Shown one piece after another: positions 1-8,393 of a stretch of 32,000 nt of DNA. The translations under genes and the position numbers were made by a program. This DNA comes from Synechocystis sp. PCC 6803 substr. PCC-P. Lineage in GTDB: Bacteria; Cyanobacteriota; Cyanobacteriia; Cyanobacteriales; Microcystaceae. The stretch lies in NCBI RefSeq assembly GCF_000284455.1, contig NC_017039.1, forward strand, positions 2,880,001 through 2,912,000, written 5' to 3'. The notes beneath the pieces are model-generated. The model was not told where the DNA came from, did no database searches, and was given only the letters and a program-made list of their open reading frames with translations. How positions within the stretch are numbered: position 1 is the stretch's first letter; every line of letters starts with the position of its first letter.

Positions 1-1647
1 CACATTGACCCCCAGGATAATCGGGTGCTGGTGCAGATTCGTCAGGGTGGTAATCTCCGGATGTTGCTTGAACCCCTGCCTAGGGAGTTAGGCCCCAAAT
101 TGGTCGCCAGGGTGAAAACCATGGCCCATTTGGACACCAGCCAGACCAACATCCCCCAAAAGGCCCGCATCCGCAAAAGTTATAATGGCCAGTCAGTATT
201 TTTCTACGTCAATATTCTGCCCAGTTTTTACGGTGAAAAAATACTGGTACGGGTGGTTCCTCACCTAGAAAAATTACCTGATTTTGCCCAACTTTGTGGC
301 GATCGCCAGAGCCAGGAAAGTTTACAAAGATTAGCCCAGGAATCCCAAGGTTTAGTGGTGGTAATTGGGGCGGCCTATGGCGGCAAAACCACTACCATGG
401 AAGCTTTTTTGGGACAGCAGTTGGACCAGAATCGCTCCGTTGCCTTGGTGTCCGATCCCCTTGTCCATGTTTATGAAAACATTAATCAGCTAGAAGTAAA
501 CCCCCAAAAGGACTTTACCAGCGAAAAGGCAGTGCAGTCCCTCCAGGATCAATGGCCCGCAGTGATGGCAGTGGATCCCTTGGAGGATCAGGAAACAGCC
601 CAAATTTTGACCCAAGTCCTCAACCAAGGCCATTTAGTTTTCACCTCTGTCATTGCCAAAGATGTGCCCTCGGCGATCGCCCAACTGCAGCAATGGTTTG
701 AACCAGCGGTATTGGGGCAACACCTGAAGGGCATTGTTTCCCAGCGGCCAGTGCGACGGGTCTGTCCAGCCTGTCGTTTGAGGGGGGAAGTGACACCGGA
801 AGAGCAACAACGTTTTGGTCTGCCTCCGGGAACTATTTATCGGGCTAACAGTTTGAGTATGGAGTTGATGGCCCAACCCATGATCAAAAGTCGTCTCTGT
901 CGTCAGTGCCATGGCCTTGGTTACTCTGGCATGACGGGGATATTTGAGGTCGTGGCCATTACTCCTGAGCTCCAACAGTTAGTCAGTAGCCCCTGTTCCC
1001 ACGCAGAAATTATCAATGGTTTAAGTCAAGCTGGCATTGCTAGTCCCGCTCGCCAGGCGATCACCCTAGTGAGTCAGGGAGTCACCACCCTCGAAGAAGT
1101 GACCAGACTTTTTCCCCAATTGCCCCGGCAACTATCGCCCCGATCGTCCCCCCCTGAAGCTATTAGTGCACAATCATCACCAATGACTCCCCCCGCAACT
1201 CAAACCATCCCAGGGGAAACTATGTTCTCCGATGACCAATGGTGGCAACGTCTGCAACAACTGGAAAAATCTGTGCAGGAGCTTAACCGTGCCCTGGCGG
1301 ATTTGAAAAAAATGGCTGGCGATCGCCCTTCTGCTCACCGTACCCGGGCTGGCGATCATCATTCCCCATCGGCTGCTGGCCCCAACTTAGACCTCATGGC
1401 AGAATTGCAGGCCCTGGAGGATTTATCTGCCCACAAAAGGCCCAAGGCTAGGGACAGACATGAACAAGCCGTAACCGTTATGGAAGGTTTTGATCAAATT
1501 GAAGAATTATTAATTGACGATCAATTGGGCCAACCTGCCGCTGCCCCCTTCAATGCCGGGGAGGAAACCTTTATTGCAGAAGAAGAAGCTAACGTCCCGG
1601 AGGGGAAAAAATTTAATCCGTTTAAATCTGTGATTGACCCCTGGTAA
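1..1647 (+). CDS. GspE/PilB-family secretion-ATPase-like protein, 5' end outside the window, with a ~175-aa low-complexity C-terminal extension
   Basis: Frame 1 is open from base 1 (HIDPQDNRVLVQIR, resembling the DIHIEP motif of the GspE/PilB core), so the GTG at 25 is probably not the real start. It has a Walker A-like GAAYGGKTTT and a GspE-type tetracysteine cluster (CPACRL...CRQCHGLGYSG). The family core ends near TTLEEVTRLF (~nt 1113). A Pro/Ser/Gln/Glu-rich tail then runs to the stop at 1645-1647. Confidence 0.8.
   Translation, partial: HIDPQDNRVLVQIRQGGNLRMLLEPLPRELGPKLVARVKTMAHLDTSQTNIPQKARIRKSYNGQSVFFYVNILPSFYGEKILVRVVPHLEKLPDFAQLCGDRQSQESLQRLAQESQGLVVVIGAAYGGKTTTMEAFLGQQLDQNRSVALVSDPLVHVYENINQLEVNPQKDFTSEKAVQSLQDQWPAVMAVDPLEDQETAQILTQVLNQGHLVFTSVIAKDVPSAIAQLQQWFEPAVLGQHLKGIVSQRPVRRVCPACRLRGEVTPEEQQRFGLPPGTIYRANSLSMELMAQPMIKSRLCRQCHGLGYSGMTGIFEVVAITPELQQLVSSPCSHAEIINGLSQAGIASPARQAITLVSQGVTTLEEVTRLFPQLPRQLSPRSSPPEAISAQSSPMTPPATQTIPGETMFSDDQWWQRLQQLEKSVQELNRALADLKKMAGDRPSAHRTRAGDHHSPSAAGPNLDLMAELQALEDLSAHKRPKARDRHEQAVTVMEGFDQIEELLIDDQLGQPAAAPFNAGEETFIAEEEANVPEGKKFNPFKSVIDPW
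673..680. repeat. HIP1 (GCGATCGC) highly iterated palindrome, representative copy
   Basis: Exact copies located by hand include 299-306, 673-680, 1319-1326, 2350-2357, 2597-2604, 4439-4446 and 5067-5074. By eye there are roughly three dozen perfect copies across the window, mostly inside genes. Confidence 0.9.
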
Positions 1648-1747
1648 CCCAAAAACCATTGCTTTGTTCGGCTCATAGAACACAGAACAGCCAAGACTAG
1701 ATAAACCCGGTGAAGCAGAAATCCCAAGCCCTTGAACGAGGGAACTC

Positions 1748-2104
1748 TCAATTCTTAGTGGATGGCAAAGGCTGGAAAAAAATTCTGCCCATCCACAGCA
1801 AACACACCAGGAAATAACCGGTGGTGATCAGACCATTTAGGTACATTAGTCTAAATGCGGCCAATTCCCCCGCGCCCTGGCCAGTCCCCCAGAGTAATAG
1901 GTACAGGCAGAGCCAACCTAGGGTTAATTGCAATGACCGACGACTTAAACGGCGACGTTGACGGTGATGCTGATTGTCGCCCCAGTTAGGTTGGTCTGGT
2001 TGGCGTAACTGCCAGAGGGACGGTAATATGCCCACTACGGGAAGCAGGTATAAACAAAGTTGTAGGCGCATTAGTTTCGTGTCGGCAAAACGCTCTTCGT
2101 TCAC
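1748..2104 (-). CDS. hypothetical small membrane protein (about 3 predicted TM segments)
   Basis: 118-codon ORF with a GTG start at 2104; an alternative ATG at 2071 gives MRLQLCLYLL. Hydrophobic stretches are LCLYLLPVVGILPSLW, LTLGWLCLYLLLWG and ITTGYFLVCLLWMG, with a basic loop RQRRRLSRR. I recognise no family. It sits in a gap that no other plausible gene explains. Confidence 0.4.
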   Translation of the reverse strand: MNEERFADTKLMRLQLCLYLLPVVGILPSLWQLRQPDQPNWGDNQHHRQRRRLSRRSLQLTLGWLCLYLLLWGTGQGAGELAAFRLMYLNGLITTGYFLVCLLWMGRIFFQPLPSTKN

Positions 2105-2184
2105 TCTGATTTTCCATCCTGCTTATGATCCCAGCTTGACCAGCGCTGATTTTCCCATTAACCCTAACCTTGCTGAATTTGTCC

Positions 2185-2667
2185 ATGGCCTCTACCCCCA
2201 ATTCCGTAACTCTCTACACCGATGGTGCCTGCTCCATGAATCCTGGCCCTGGTGGCTATGGCGCAGTGATTCTCTACGGTGATGGTCGTCGGGAGGAATT
2301 GTCCGCCGGTTATAAAATGACCACCAATAATCGCATGGAAATTATGGGGGCGATCGCCGCCTTGAGTCATTTACAAGAACCGTCCCAAGTGTTGCTCTAT
2401 ACCGATTCCCGCTATATGGTCGATGCCATGAGCAAGGGTTGGGCCAAGAAATGGAAAGCCAACGGATGGCAAAGGAATGCCAAGGAAAAGGCCAAAAACC
2501 CCGACCTGTGGGAAACGATGTTAACGCTGTGCGAAAAACATCAAGTTACATTCCAGTGGGTCAAAGCCCACGCTGGCAATAAGGAAAATGAGCGGTGCGA
2601 TCGCCTAGCGGTGGCCGCCTATCAAAATAATCCCAACTTAGTAGATGAAGGCTTCGGCAAATTCTAG
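2185..2667 (+). CDS. rnhA: ribonuclease HI
   Basis: YTDGACSMNPGPGGYG, TTNNRMEIMGAI, LYTDSRYM and WVKAHAGNKENERCDRLA match the RNase H1 catalytic DEDD core. The ORF track starts at TTG 2170; the first ATG is 2185 (MASTPNS...). Confidence 0.9.
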   Translation: MASTPNSVTLYTDGACSMNPGPGGYGAVILYGDGRREELSAGYKMTTNNRMEIMGAIAALSHLQEPSQVLLYTDSRYMVDAMSKGWAKKWKANGWQRNAKEKAKNPDLWETMLTLCEKHQVTFQWVKAHAGNKENERCDRLAVAAYQNNPNLVDEGFGKF

Positions 2668-2721
2668 GGGGCAAAACTTAACCAATTTCCATTTCCTATC
2701 TAGGCTTTGCCAATTCAACGA

Positions 2722-2754
2722 TTTTCCCTCAATAGCAAACGGGGGAATTTTTTT
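2722..2754 (+). terminator. candidate intrinsic terminator downstream of rnhA
   Basis: UUUUCCC (2722-2728) pairs with GGGGGAA (2741-2747), giving 7 bp including 2 G-U pairs and a 12-nt loop. A run of 7 T follows (2748-2754). Confidence 0.45.
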
Positions 2755-2849
2755 CGTGCCCAATTTCCAGCCCTAGCGGAGATTAGCTTTTTTCACCATG
2801 TCATTATTTTGCCAAAAAGTTTGCTGTTAACATCAATGTTCTGTGTTAT

Positions 2850-3638
2850 ATGTTGGTTAAATACCATCTAGTAGGTTTCCCAATGGCAACGCTAGAAGCC
2901 CCCCCCCATAGTCTGCAACACCAGGAAATTCCCCCCAGCCATCGTATTTTGGTCGTTGAAGACGAGGTTTCCATTCGTGAAACCATTGTCCTATCACTGC
3001 AGGAAGAAGGTTATGAAGTTTATGCGGTGGACGATGGACGTGATGCCTTAGCTCTGTTGCAAGAATTTAGCGAAGACCCCGGTCAGGCCGCCGTAGACCT
3101 GATCATTCTGGACATCATGCTTCCCCAGGTAAACGGCTTAGATGTATGTCGTAGTTTGCGCTTTGGTGGCGATAATACCCCGATTTTAATTGTCAGTGCC
3201 AAAGGCAGTGAAATGGAAAAAGTAACTGGCTTGGAAGTGGGGGCCGATGACTACATCACTAAGCCCTTTAGCCTGAAGGAATTGGTGGCCCGTTGCCGCG
3301 CCATGATCCGTCGCCAGGGCTTGGCTGGTAATAACATTGCCCCATTCCGCAAATTTAGGGATTTGGTGCTTTATCCCCAGGAGTGTCGGGTGTTAATGCG
3401 GGGAGAAGAAGTGAGTTTGGCCCCGAAGGAATTTCGCCTATTGGAATTGTTCATGAGCTATCCCCGTCGAGTCTGGTCTAGGGAACAGTTAATTGAACAT
3501 ATTTGGGGCATTGATTTTATGGGAGACAGCAAAACGGTGGATGTCCATATCCGCTGGCTACGGGAAAAGCTGGAACAGGACCCCAGTCAGCCGGAATATT
3601 TAGTCACAGTGCGGGGCTTTGGCTATCGTTTTGGTTAG
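2850..3638 (+). CDS. sphR: OmpR/PhoB-family two-component response regulator (phosphate-regulon regulator SphR as I recall the locus)
   Basis: Receiver domain: ILVVEDE, LIILDIMLP, ILIVSAKG, GADDYITKPF. Winged-helix output domain: EFRLLELFM, REQLIEHIWG, TVDVHIRWLREKL, TVRGFGYRF. It aligns along its full length with E. coli PhoB. An alternative ATG lies at 2883. No histidine kinase gene is adjacent. Confidence 0.88.
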   Translation: MLVKYHLVGFPMATLEAPPHSLQHQEIPPSHRILVVEDEVSIRETIVLSLQEEGYEVYAVDDGRDALALLQEFSEDPGQAAVDLIILDIMLPQVNGLDVCRSLRFGGDNTPILIVSAKGSEMEKVTGLEVGADDYITKPFSLKELVARCRAMIRRQGLAGNNIAPFRKFRDLVLYPQECRVLMRGEEVSLAPKEFRLLELFMSYPRRVWSREQLIEHIWGIDFMGDSKTVDVHIRWLREKLEQDPSQPEYLVTVRGFGYRFG

Positions 3639-3681
3639 AAAATTATTATTTATTTAAACTTTTTTGCTCAGAACCTCCTCC

Positions 3682-3713
3682 ATTTCCTCAATGGGACTAA
3701 TGGGGGAATTTTT
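3682..3713 (+). terminator. candidate intrinsic terminator downstream of sphR
   Basis: AUUUCCUC (3682-3689) pairs with GGGGGAAU (3702-3709), giving 8 bp including G-U pairs and a 12-nt loop, followed by TTTT. The sequence closely resembles the rnhA terminator. Confidence 0.4.
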
Positions 3714-3851
3714 CGCCATATTTCTATCTATTGCTGGATTAAGGCGACTTTTCTGTGGGCATTTTCAACGTCAGAGTAGGAGAATATTGGGAGTAATGTC
3801 AGGAAATGTATAACATTACACCAAACGACCTCAGGTTTTCTGGTGTAAATC

Positions 3852-3860
3852 TGTTACAAT
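3852..3860 (+). promoter_or_regulatory. candidate extended -10 element (TGtTACAAT) for the rimO-crhR transcript
   Basis: TG-n-TACAAT lies ~150 nt upstream of the rimO ATG, just 3' of an 8-bp inverted repeat (TTACACCA 3816-3823 / TGGTGTAA 3841-3848). There is no convincing -35. This is a motif match only. Confidence 0.3.
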
Positions 3861-4009
3861 GTCTTTACAAATAAAAAGGGTCTGACCACCGTTCCCCATC
3901 CGCAGGCTGTATTTACAGAATTTGCTGATCATTGCCTGGTTTAGTCCCTACCCTACATCCCTTGGACTCGAACTCAGTCAATAGTCAGTTAATCCCTAGT
4001 AATTAATTT

Positions 4010-5341
4010 ATGGGCCAAACGCCAACGATCGCCATCAACCATTTGGGTTGCGAAAAAAACCGCATTGATTCTGAACATATGTTAGGCCTGCTGGTGGAAG
4101 CGGGTTACCAAGTCGATGCCAATGAAGAATTAGCAGATTACGTCATTGTTAATACCTGTAGTTTTATCCAGGATGCTCGCCAGGAGTCGGTGAGAACCTT
4201 AGTAGAACTAGCGGAAGCAAAGAAGAAAATCGTTATTTCCGGTTGCCTGGCCCAGCATTTCCAGGAGCAACTTTTAGAAGAAATTCCCGAAGCGGTGGCC
4301 GTGGTGGGCACCGGGGATTACCAAAATATTGTTGATATTATTCGACGCACGGAACAGGGTCAGCGAGTTAAAGCCATTTCCCCCAATCCCAGTTTCATAG
4401 CCGACGAAAATTTGCCACGTTATCGCACCACCAACGAGGCGATCGCCTATCTGCGGGTGGCGGAAGGCTGTGATTATCGCTGTGCTTTTTGCATCATCCC
4501 TCAACTACGGGGCAAACAACGGTCTCGCCCGATTGAATCTATTGTGGCGGAAGCCGAACAACTGGCTAGCCAAGGGGTAAAGGAATTAATTCTCATCTCC
4601 CAAATCACCACCAATTATGGATTGGATCTGTATGGGGAGCCGAAACTGGCAGAACTATTACAGGCCCTGGGTAAAGTCGATATTCCTTGGATTCGTATTC
4701 ACTACGCCTATCCCACCGGATTGACCCCCAAAGTAATTGAGGCAATTCGGGATACTCCCAACGTCCTCCCCTATTTGGATTTACCCCTGCAACATTCCCA
4801 TCCCGACATTCTCAGAGCCATGAATCGCCCCTGGCAGGGCCAAGTCAACGACGACATCATCACTAGACTAAAAACTGCCCTTCCCGACGCTGTGCTACGT
4901 ACCACCTTCATTGTTGGTTTTCCTGGGGAAACCGAGGAACATTTTGGGCATTTGCTAGACTTTGTCCAACGCCATCAATTTGACCATGTGGGAGTGTTTA
5001 CTTTTTCCCCAGAGGAAGGCACCGCCGCCTTTGATCTGCCCAATGCTGTGCCCGAAGAAGTAATGGGCGATCGCCGGGATCGGTTAATGGCTCTGCAACA
5101 GCCCATTTCCGCCCAGAAAAATGCCGCTTGTTTGGGGCAGACCCTGGATGTGCTGATCGAGCAGGAAAATCCCAGCACTGGGGAATTCATCGGCCGATCA
5201 ACCCGCTTTGCTCCAGAGGTGGACGGATTAGTCTATGTCAAGGGCAATGCCAATTTGAATGAAATCGTCCCGGTCGTGATCACTGCCACCGACGATTATG
5301 ACCTGTACGGTATGACCGCCGAGGAGGCTAAGGTTTTTTAG
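4010..5341 (+). CDS. rimO: radical-SAM methylthiotransferase, RimO type (ribosomal protein uS12 Asp methylthiotransferase)
   Basis: The N-terminal MTTase domain ([11 protein letters not shown]...VNTCSFI...SGCLAQ) aligns with E. coli RimO. The radical-SAM CxxxCxxC motif is present ([12 protein letters not shown]), as is a C-terminal TRAM-like domain. Confidence 0.9.
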   Translation: MGQTPTIAINHLGCEKNRIDSEHMLGLLVEAGYQVDANEELADYVIVNTCSFIQDARQESVRTLVELAEAKKKIVISGCLAQHFQEQLLEEIPEAVAVVGTGDYQNIVDIIRRTEQGQRVKAISPNPSFIADENLPRYRTTNEAIAYLRVAEGCDYRCAFCIIPQLRGKQRSRPIESIVAEAEQLASQGVKELILISQITTNYGLDLYGEPKLAELLQALGKVDIPWIRIHYAYPTGLTPKVIEAIRDTPNVLPYLDLPLQHSHPDILRAMNRPWQGQVNDDIITRLKTALPDAVLRTTFIVGFPGETEEHFGHLLDFVQRHQFDHVGVFTFSPEEGTAAFDLPNAVPEEVMGDRRDRLMALQQPISAQKNAACLGQTLDVLIEQENPSTGEFIGRSTRFAPEVDGLVYVKGNANLNEIVPVVITATDDYDLYGMTAEEAKVF

Positions 5342-5353
5342 CTATTGAACTAA

Positions 5354-5400
5354 GGGGATGGACTGGCTGTGTTATTGACGGTTGGTTCCCAGCCATTCCC
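5354..5400 (+). promoter_or_regulatory. strong RNA stem-loop in the rimO-crhR intergenic spacer
   Basis: GGGGATGGACTGG (5354-5366) pairs with CCAGCCATTCCC (5389-5400): 12 bp, one G-U, one bulged A, 22-nt loop. A T-rich stretch (CTTTTTAA) starts a few nt downstream. Confidence 0.45.
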
Positions 5401-5471
5401 GCAAACTTTTTAATCCTTAATTATTTGCCCACTAAACCGTCTTTTGTTATCCGAAATTATTTAACTTTTCC

Positions 5472-6950
5472 ATGACTAATACTTTGACTAGTACCTTCGC
5501 TGACCTTGGTCTTTCTGAAAAACGTTGTCAACTCTTGGCCGACATTGGCTTTGAGGCTCCCACCCAAATTCAAACTGAAGCCATTCCCCTGCTTTTGAGC
5601 GGCCGGGACATGCTGGCCCAATCCCAAACCGGCACGGGGAAAACCGCCGCCTTTGCCCTACCTTTGATGGACCGCATTGACCCAGAGGGGGACTTGCAAG
5701 CCTTAATTTTGACCCCCACCCGGGAATTGGCCCAGCAGGTGGCGGAAGCAATGAAGGACTTTTCCCACGAGCGCCGTCTATTTATTTTGAATGTGTACGG
5801 TGGTCAATCCATCGAGCGGCAAATTCGCAGCCTAGAACGGGGTGTGCAAATTGTGGTGGGCACCCCTGGACGGGTGATTGACCTAATTGACCGCAAAAAA
5901 CTTAAATTAGAAACCATCCAATGGGTGGTGCTGGATGAAGCGGACGAAATGCTGAGCATGGGCTTCATTGACGATGTGAAAACCATTCTGCGTAAAACTC
6001 CCCCCACCAGGCAGACCGCTTGTTTTTCTGCCACCATGCCCCGGGAAATCAAAGAATTGGTCAACCAATTTTTAAATGATCCCGCCCTGGTGACCGTTAA
6101 ACAGACCCAATCCACCCCCACCCGCATTGAGCAGCAGCTTTATCACGTGCCCCGCGGTTGGTCTAAGGCTAAAGCGCTACAACCGATTCTGGAAATGGAA
6201 GATCCCGAATCCGCCATTATTTTTGTTCGTACTAAACAAACCGCCGCAGACCTCACCAGTCGTTTGCAAGAAGCGGGCCATAGCGTGGATGAGTACCACG
6301 GCAACCTGAGCCAATCCCAACGGGAGCGTTTGGTGCACCGTTTCCGGGATGGCAAAATTAAGCTGGTGGTGGCCACGGACATCGCCGCCCGGGGTTTAGA
6401 TGTGAATAACCTCAGCCATGTGGTCAACTTTGATTTACCCGATAACGCTGAAACCTACATTCACCGCATTGGCCGCACCGGTCGGGCTGGTAAGACTGGT
6501 AAGGCGATCGCCTTGGTGGAACCCATTGACCGTCGTTTACTGCGATCCATCGAAAACCGTCTGAAACAACAAATTGAAGTTTGTACCATTCCTAACCGTT
6601 CGCAGGTGGAAGCCAAGCGGATTGAAAAACTGCAGGAACAACTCAAGGAAGCCCTGACCGGTGAGCGGATGGCCTCCTTCCTTCCTTTAGTGCGGGAATT
6701 GAGCGATGAGTACGATGCCCAGGCGATCGCCGCTGCTGCTTTACAGATGATCTATGACCAGAGCTGTCCCCATTGGATGAAATCCGATTGGGAAGTGCCG
6801 GAAGTTGATTTCAACAAGCCCGTTCTCCGTCGTGGCCGCAATGCTGGCGGTGGCCAGAACAAAAGTGGGGGTGGTTACCAAGGTAAACCGGGCAAACCCC
6901 GTCGCTCCAGCGGTGGCCGTCGTCCTGCCTATAGTGATCGCCAACAGTAA
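5472..6950 (+). CDS. crhR: DEAD-box ATP-dependent RNA helicase (cyanobacterial CrhR)
   Basis: Q motif (FEAPTQIQ), motif I AQSQTGTGKT, PTRELA, DEAD (VLDEADEM), SAT, HRIGRTGRAG, and a Gly/Arg-rich C-terminal tail. It lies immediately downstream of rimO, as in the known rimO-crhR operon. Confidence 0.93.
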   Translation: MTNTLTSTFADLGLSEKRCQLLADIGFEAPTQIQTEAIPLLLSGRDMLAQSQTGTGKTAAFALPLMDRIDPEGDLQALILTPTRELAQQVAEAMKDFSHERRLFILNVYGGQSIERQIRSLERGVQIVVGTPGRVIDLIDRKKLKLETIQWVVLDEADEMLSMGFIDDVKTILRKTPPTRQTACFSATMPREIKELVNQFLNDPALVTVKQTQSTPTRIEQQLYHVPRGWSKAKALQPILEMEDPESAIIFVRTKQTAADLTSRLQEAGHSVDEYHGNLSQSQRERLVHRFRDGKIKLVVATDIAARGLDVNNLSHVVNFDLPDNAETYIHRIGRTGRAGKTGKAIALVEPIDRRLLRSIENRLKQQIEVCTIPNRSQVEAKRIEKLQEQLKEALTGERMASFLPLVRELSDEYDAQAIAAAALQMIYDQSCPHWMKSDWEVPEVDFNKPVLRRGRNAGGGQNKSGGGYQGKPGKPRRSSGGRRPAYSDRQQ

Positions 6951-7010
6951 ACATTGATTCAGATAGCCTGTTTGAAAAAATAAAGCCGGGTTAATGACTC
7001 GGAAAAAAAT

Positions 7011-7050
7011 AACTCCTCCAGAACTAAGACCCTGGGGGAGTTTTACTTTG
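7011..7050. terminator. bidirectional intrinsic terminator between convergent crhR and argC
   Basis: AACTCCTCCAG (7011-7021) pairs with CTGGGGGAGTT (7032-7042): an 11-bp stem with a 10-nt loop. A T-rich tract (TTACTTTG) follows on the + strand. An A-run (AAAAAAAT, 7003-7010) precedes it, which becomes a U-tract for the minus-strand transcript. Confidence 0.6.
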
Positions 7051-7092
7051 ATGGCAATTGGCTCAGATTGGGATGTTTTTCCAACCGAATAA

Positions 7093-8157
7093 CTAGGGAT
7101 AAAAAGCCAGTTGGGGCAAGCCTAAGGATTCTTCCCAACCCATCATGAGGTTTAAGCATTGCACTGCCTGCCCTGCCTGGCCTTTGACCAGATTATCAAT
7201 GGCGGAAAGGACAATTACCCGCCCAGTGCGGGGGTCCACTTCGATGCCAATGTAGCAAAGATTCGTCCCCCAAGCCCATTTCGTTTGGGGGTAAACCCCG
7301 TGGGGCAGAATTTTCACAAAGGGGGAAGCCCGGTAAAAAGCACTGTAAATGGTGATCAGATCATCCCGCACCAAACCCGGATCCCGCAGGGTGGCATAAA
7401 CGGTGGCTAGGATACCGCGCACCATGGGGATCAAGTGAGGCGTGAACTGTACCCTTAGCTCCGTACCGGCCAAATCACTGGCAATCTGTTCAATTTCAGG
7501 GGTATGGCGGTGTTTAGCTACTCCGTAGGCCCCCAAAGATCCTTCTGCTTCTGCTAGGAGCATGTTAACTTTTGCCTCTCTACCTCCCCCGGAAGTACCG
7601 GACTTAGCGTCAATAATGGCAGTTTCGGGCACAATGAAACCCTGTTTCAGCAACGGGGAAAGGGCTAGTAAACTGGCGGTGGGATAACAGCCGGGGCAAC
7701 CAATTAGTTGGGCATCCCTAATAGCATCCCGGTACAATTCCGGCAGGCCGTAAACAGCTTGGTTATTGGTGGCTTGGTCCTGACGATCCTTTTTGTACCA
7801 TTCCGTGTAGGTGTTAAGATTGCGGAAACGATAGTCCGCCGACAGATCTAAAACTTTACAACCTTTGGCCAATAATGCCGGGGCCATGTCACAGGCTAAA
7901 CCATTGGGCAGACCAAGGAACACCGCATCACAACGGCTGGCGATCGCCTCTAGGTCAATGGGTTCGATGGTGAGGTTTACCCGGTGGGTTAAATGGGGAT
8001 AAAGATCACTGTAGGGCTTGCCTGCACTGCTGTGCCCCGCTAGGTAGGTCAATTCCACCTGGGGATGTTCCAACAATAAACGTACTAGCTGAATGCCGCC
8101 ATAGCCCGACGCGCCAATGATACCGACTCTAGCTTTTTCATTCCCCATGGTTCTCAA
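7093..8157 (-). CDS. argC: N-acetyl-gamma-glutamyl-phosphate reductase
   Basis: N-terminal NAD(P)-binding motif [10 protein letters not shown], active-site GCPGCYPTA, and the C-terminal [18 protein letters not shown] signature of ArgC. Confidence 0.93.
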   Translation of the reverse strand: MRTMGNEKARVGIIGASGYGGIQLVRLLLEHPQVELTYLAGHSSAGKPYSDLYPHLTHRVNLTIEPIDLEAIASRCDAVFLGLPNGLACDMAPALLAKGCKVLDLSADYRFRNLNTYTEWYKKDRQDQATNNQAVYGLPELYRDAIRDAQLIGCPGCYPTASLLALSPLLKQGFIVPETAIIDAKSGTSGGGREAKVNMLLAEAEGSLGAYGVAKHRHTPEIEQIASDLAGTELRVQFTPHLIPMVRGILATVYATLRDPGLVRDDLITIYSAFYRASPFVKILPHGVYPQTKWAWGTNLCYIGIEVDPRTGRVIVLSAIDNLVKGQAGQAVQCLNLMMGWEESLGLPQLAFYP

Positions 8158-8393
8158 ATCTCAAATAATGCCAACAGATTAGTGAAATTGGTGTGTTGGC
8201 TGAATTCTAATATCAAAATTGCCCAATGGCGAACTTGATCCCCGGTTTAGCAAAGATTTTTTCCGGGATCCTTCTGCCCAGAGATATTGCTAGTCCGTCC
8301 TGGGGAGCGGTCAACTTTGCGTACAATGGCTAGACGGGGGTTAGGTCCGATCATCAATGGTCTAACTCTGTCCTACTTTGCGTCTTTTTTCCC

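Noticed and set aside
2677-2684. Pho-box-like octamer CTTAACCA upstream of sphR
   Set aside because: It is a single octamer. The neighbouring 11-bp-spaced positions do not match PyTTAAPyPy(T/A), and it lies upstream of the rnhA terminator rather than in the sphR promoter.
3691-3813. 40-codon ORF (MGLMGEFFAIFLSIAGL...) in the sphR-rimO spacer
   Set aside because: It begins inside the predicted sphR terminator hairpin and has no SD. It is short enough to arise by chance in AT-rich spacer.
3961-3982. tRNA T-arm-like sequence (GGACTCGAACTC) upstream of rimO
   Set aside because: Only a bulged 6-bp hairpin is present. No acceptor, D or anticodon arms can be built around it on either strand, so it is not a tRNA gene.
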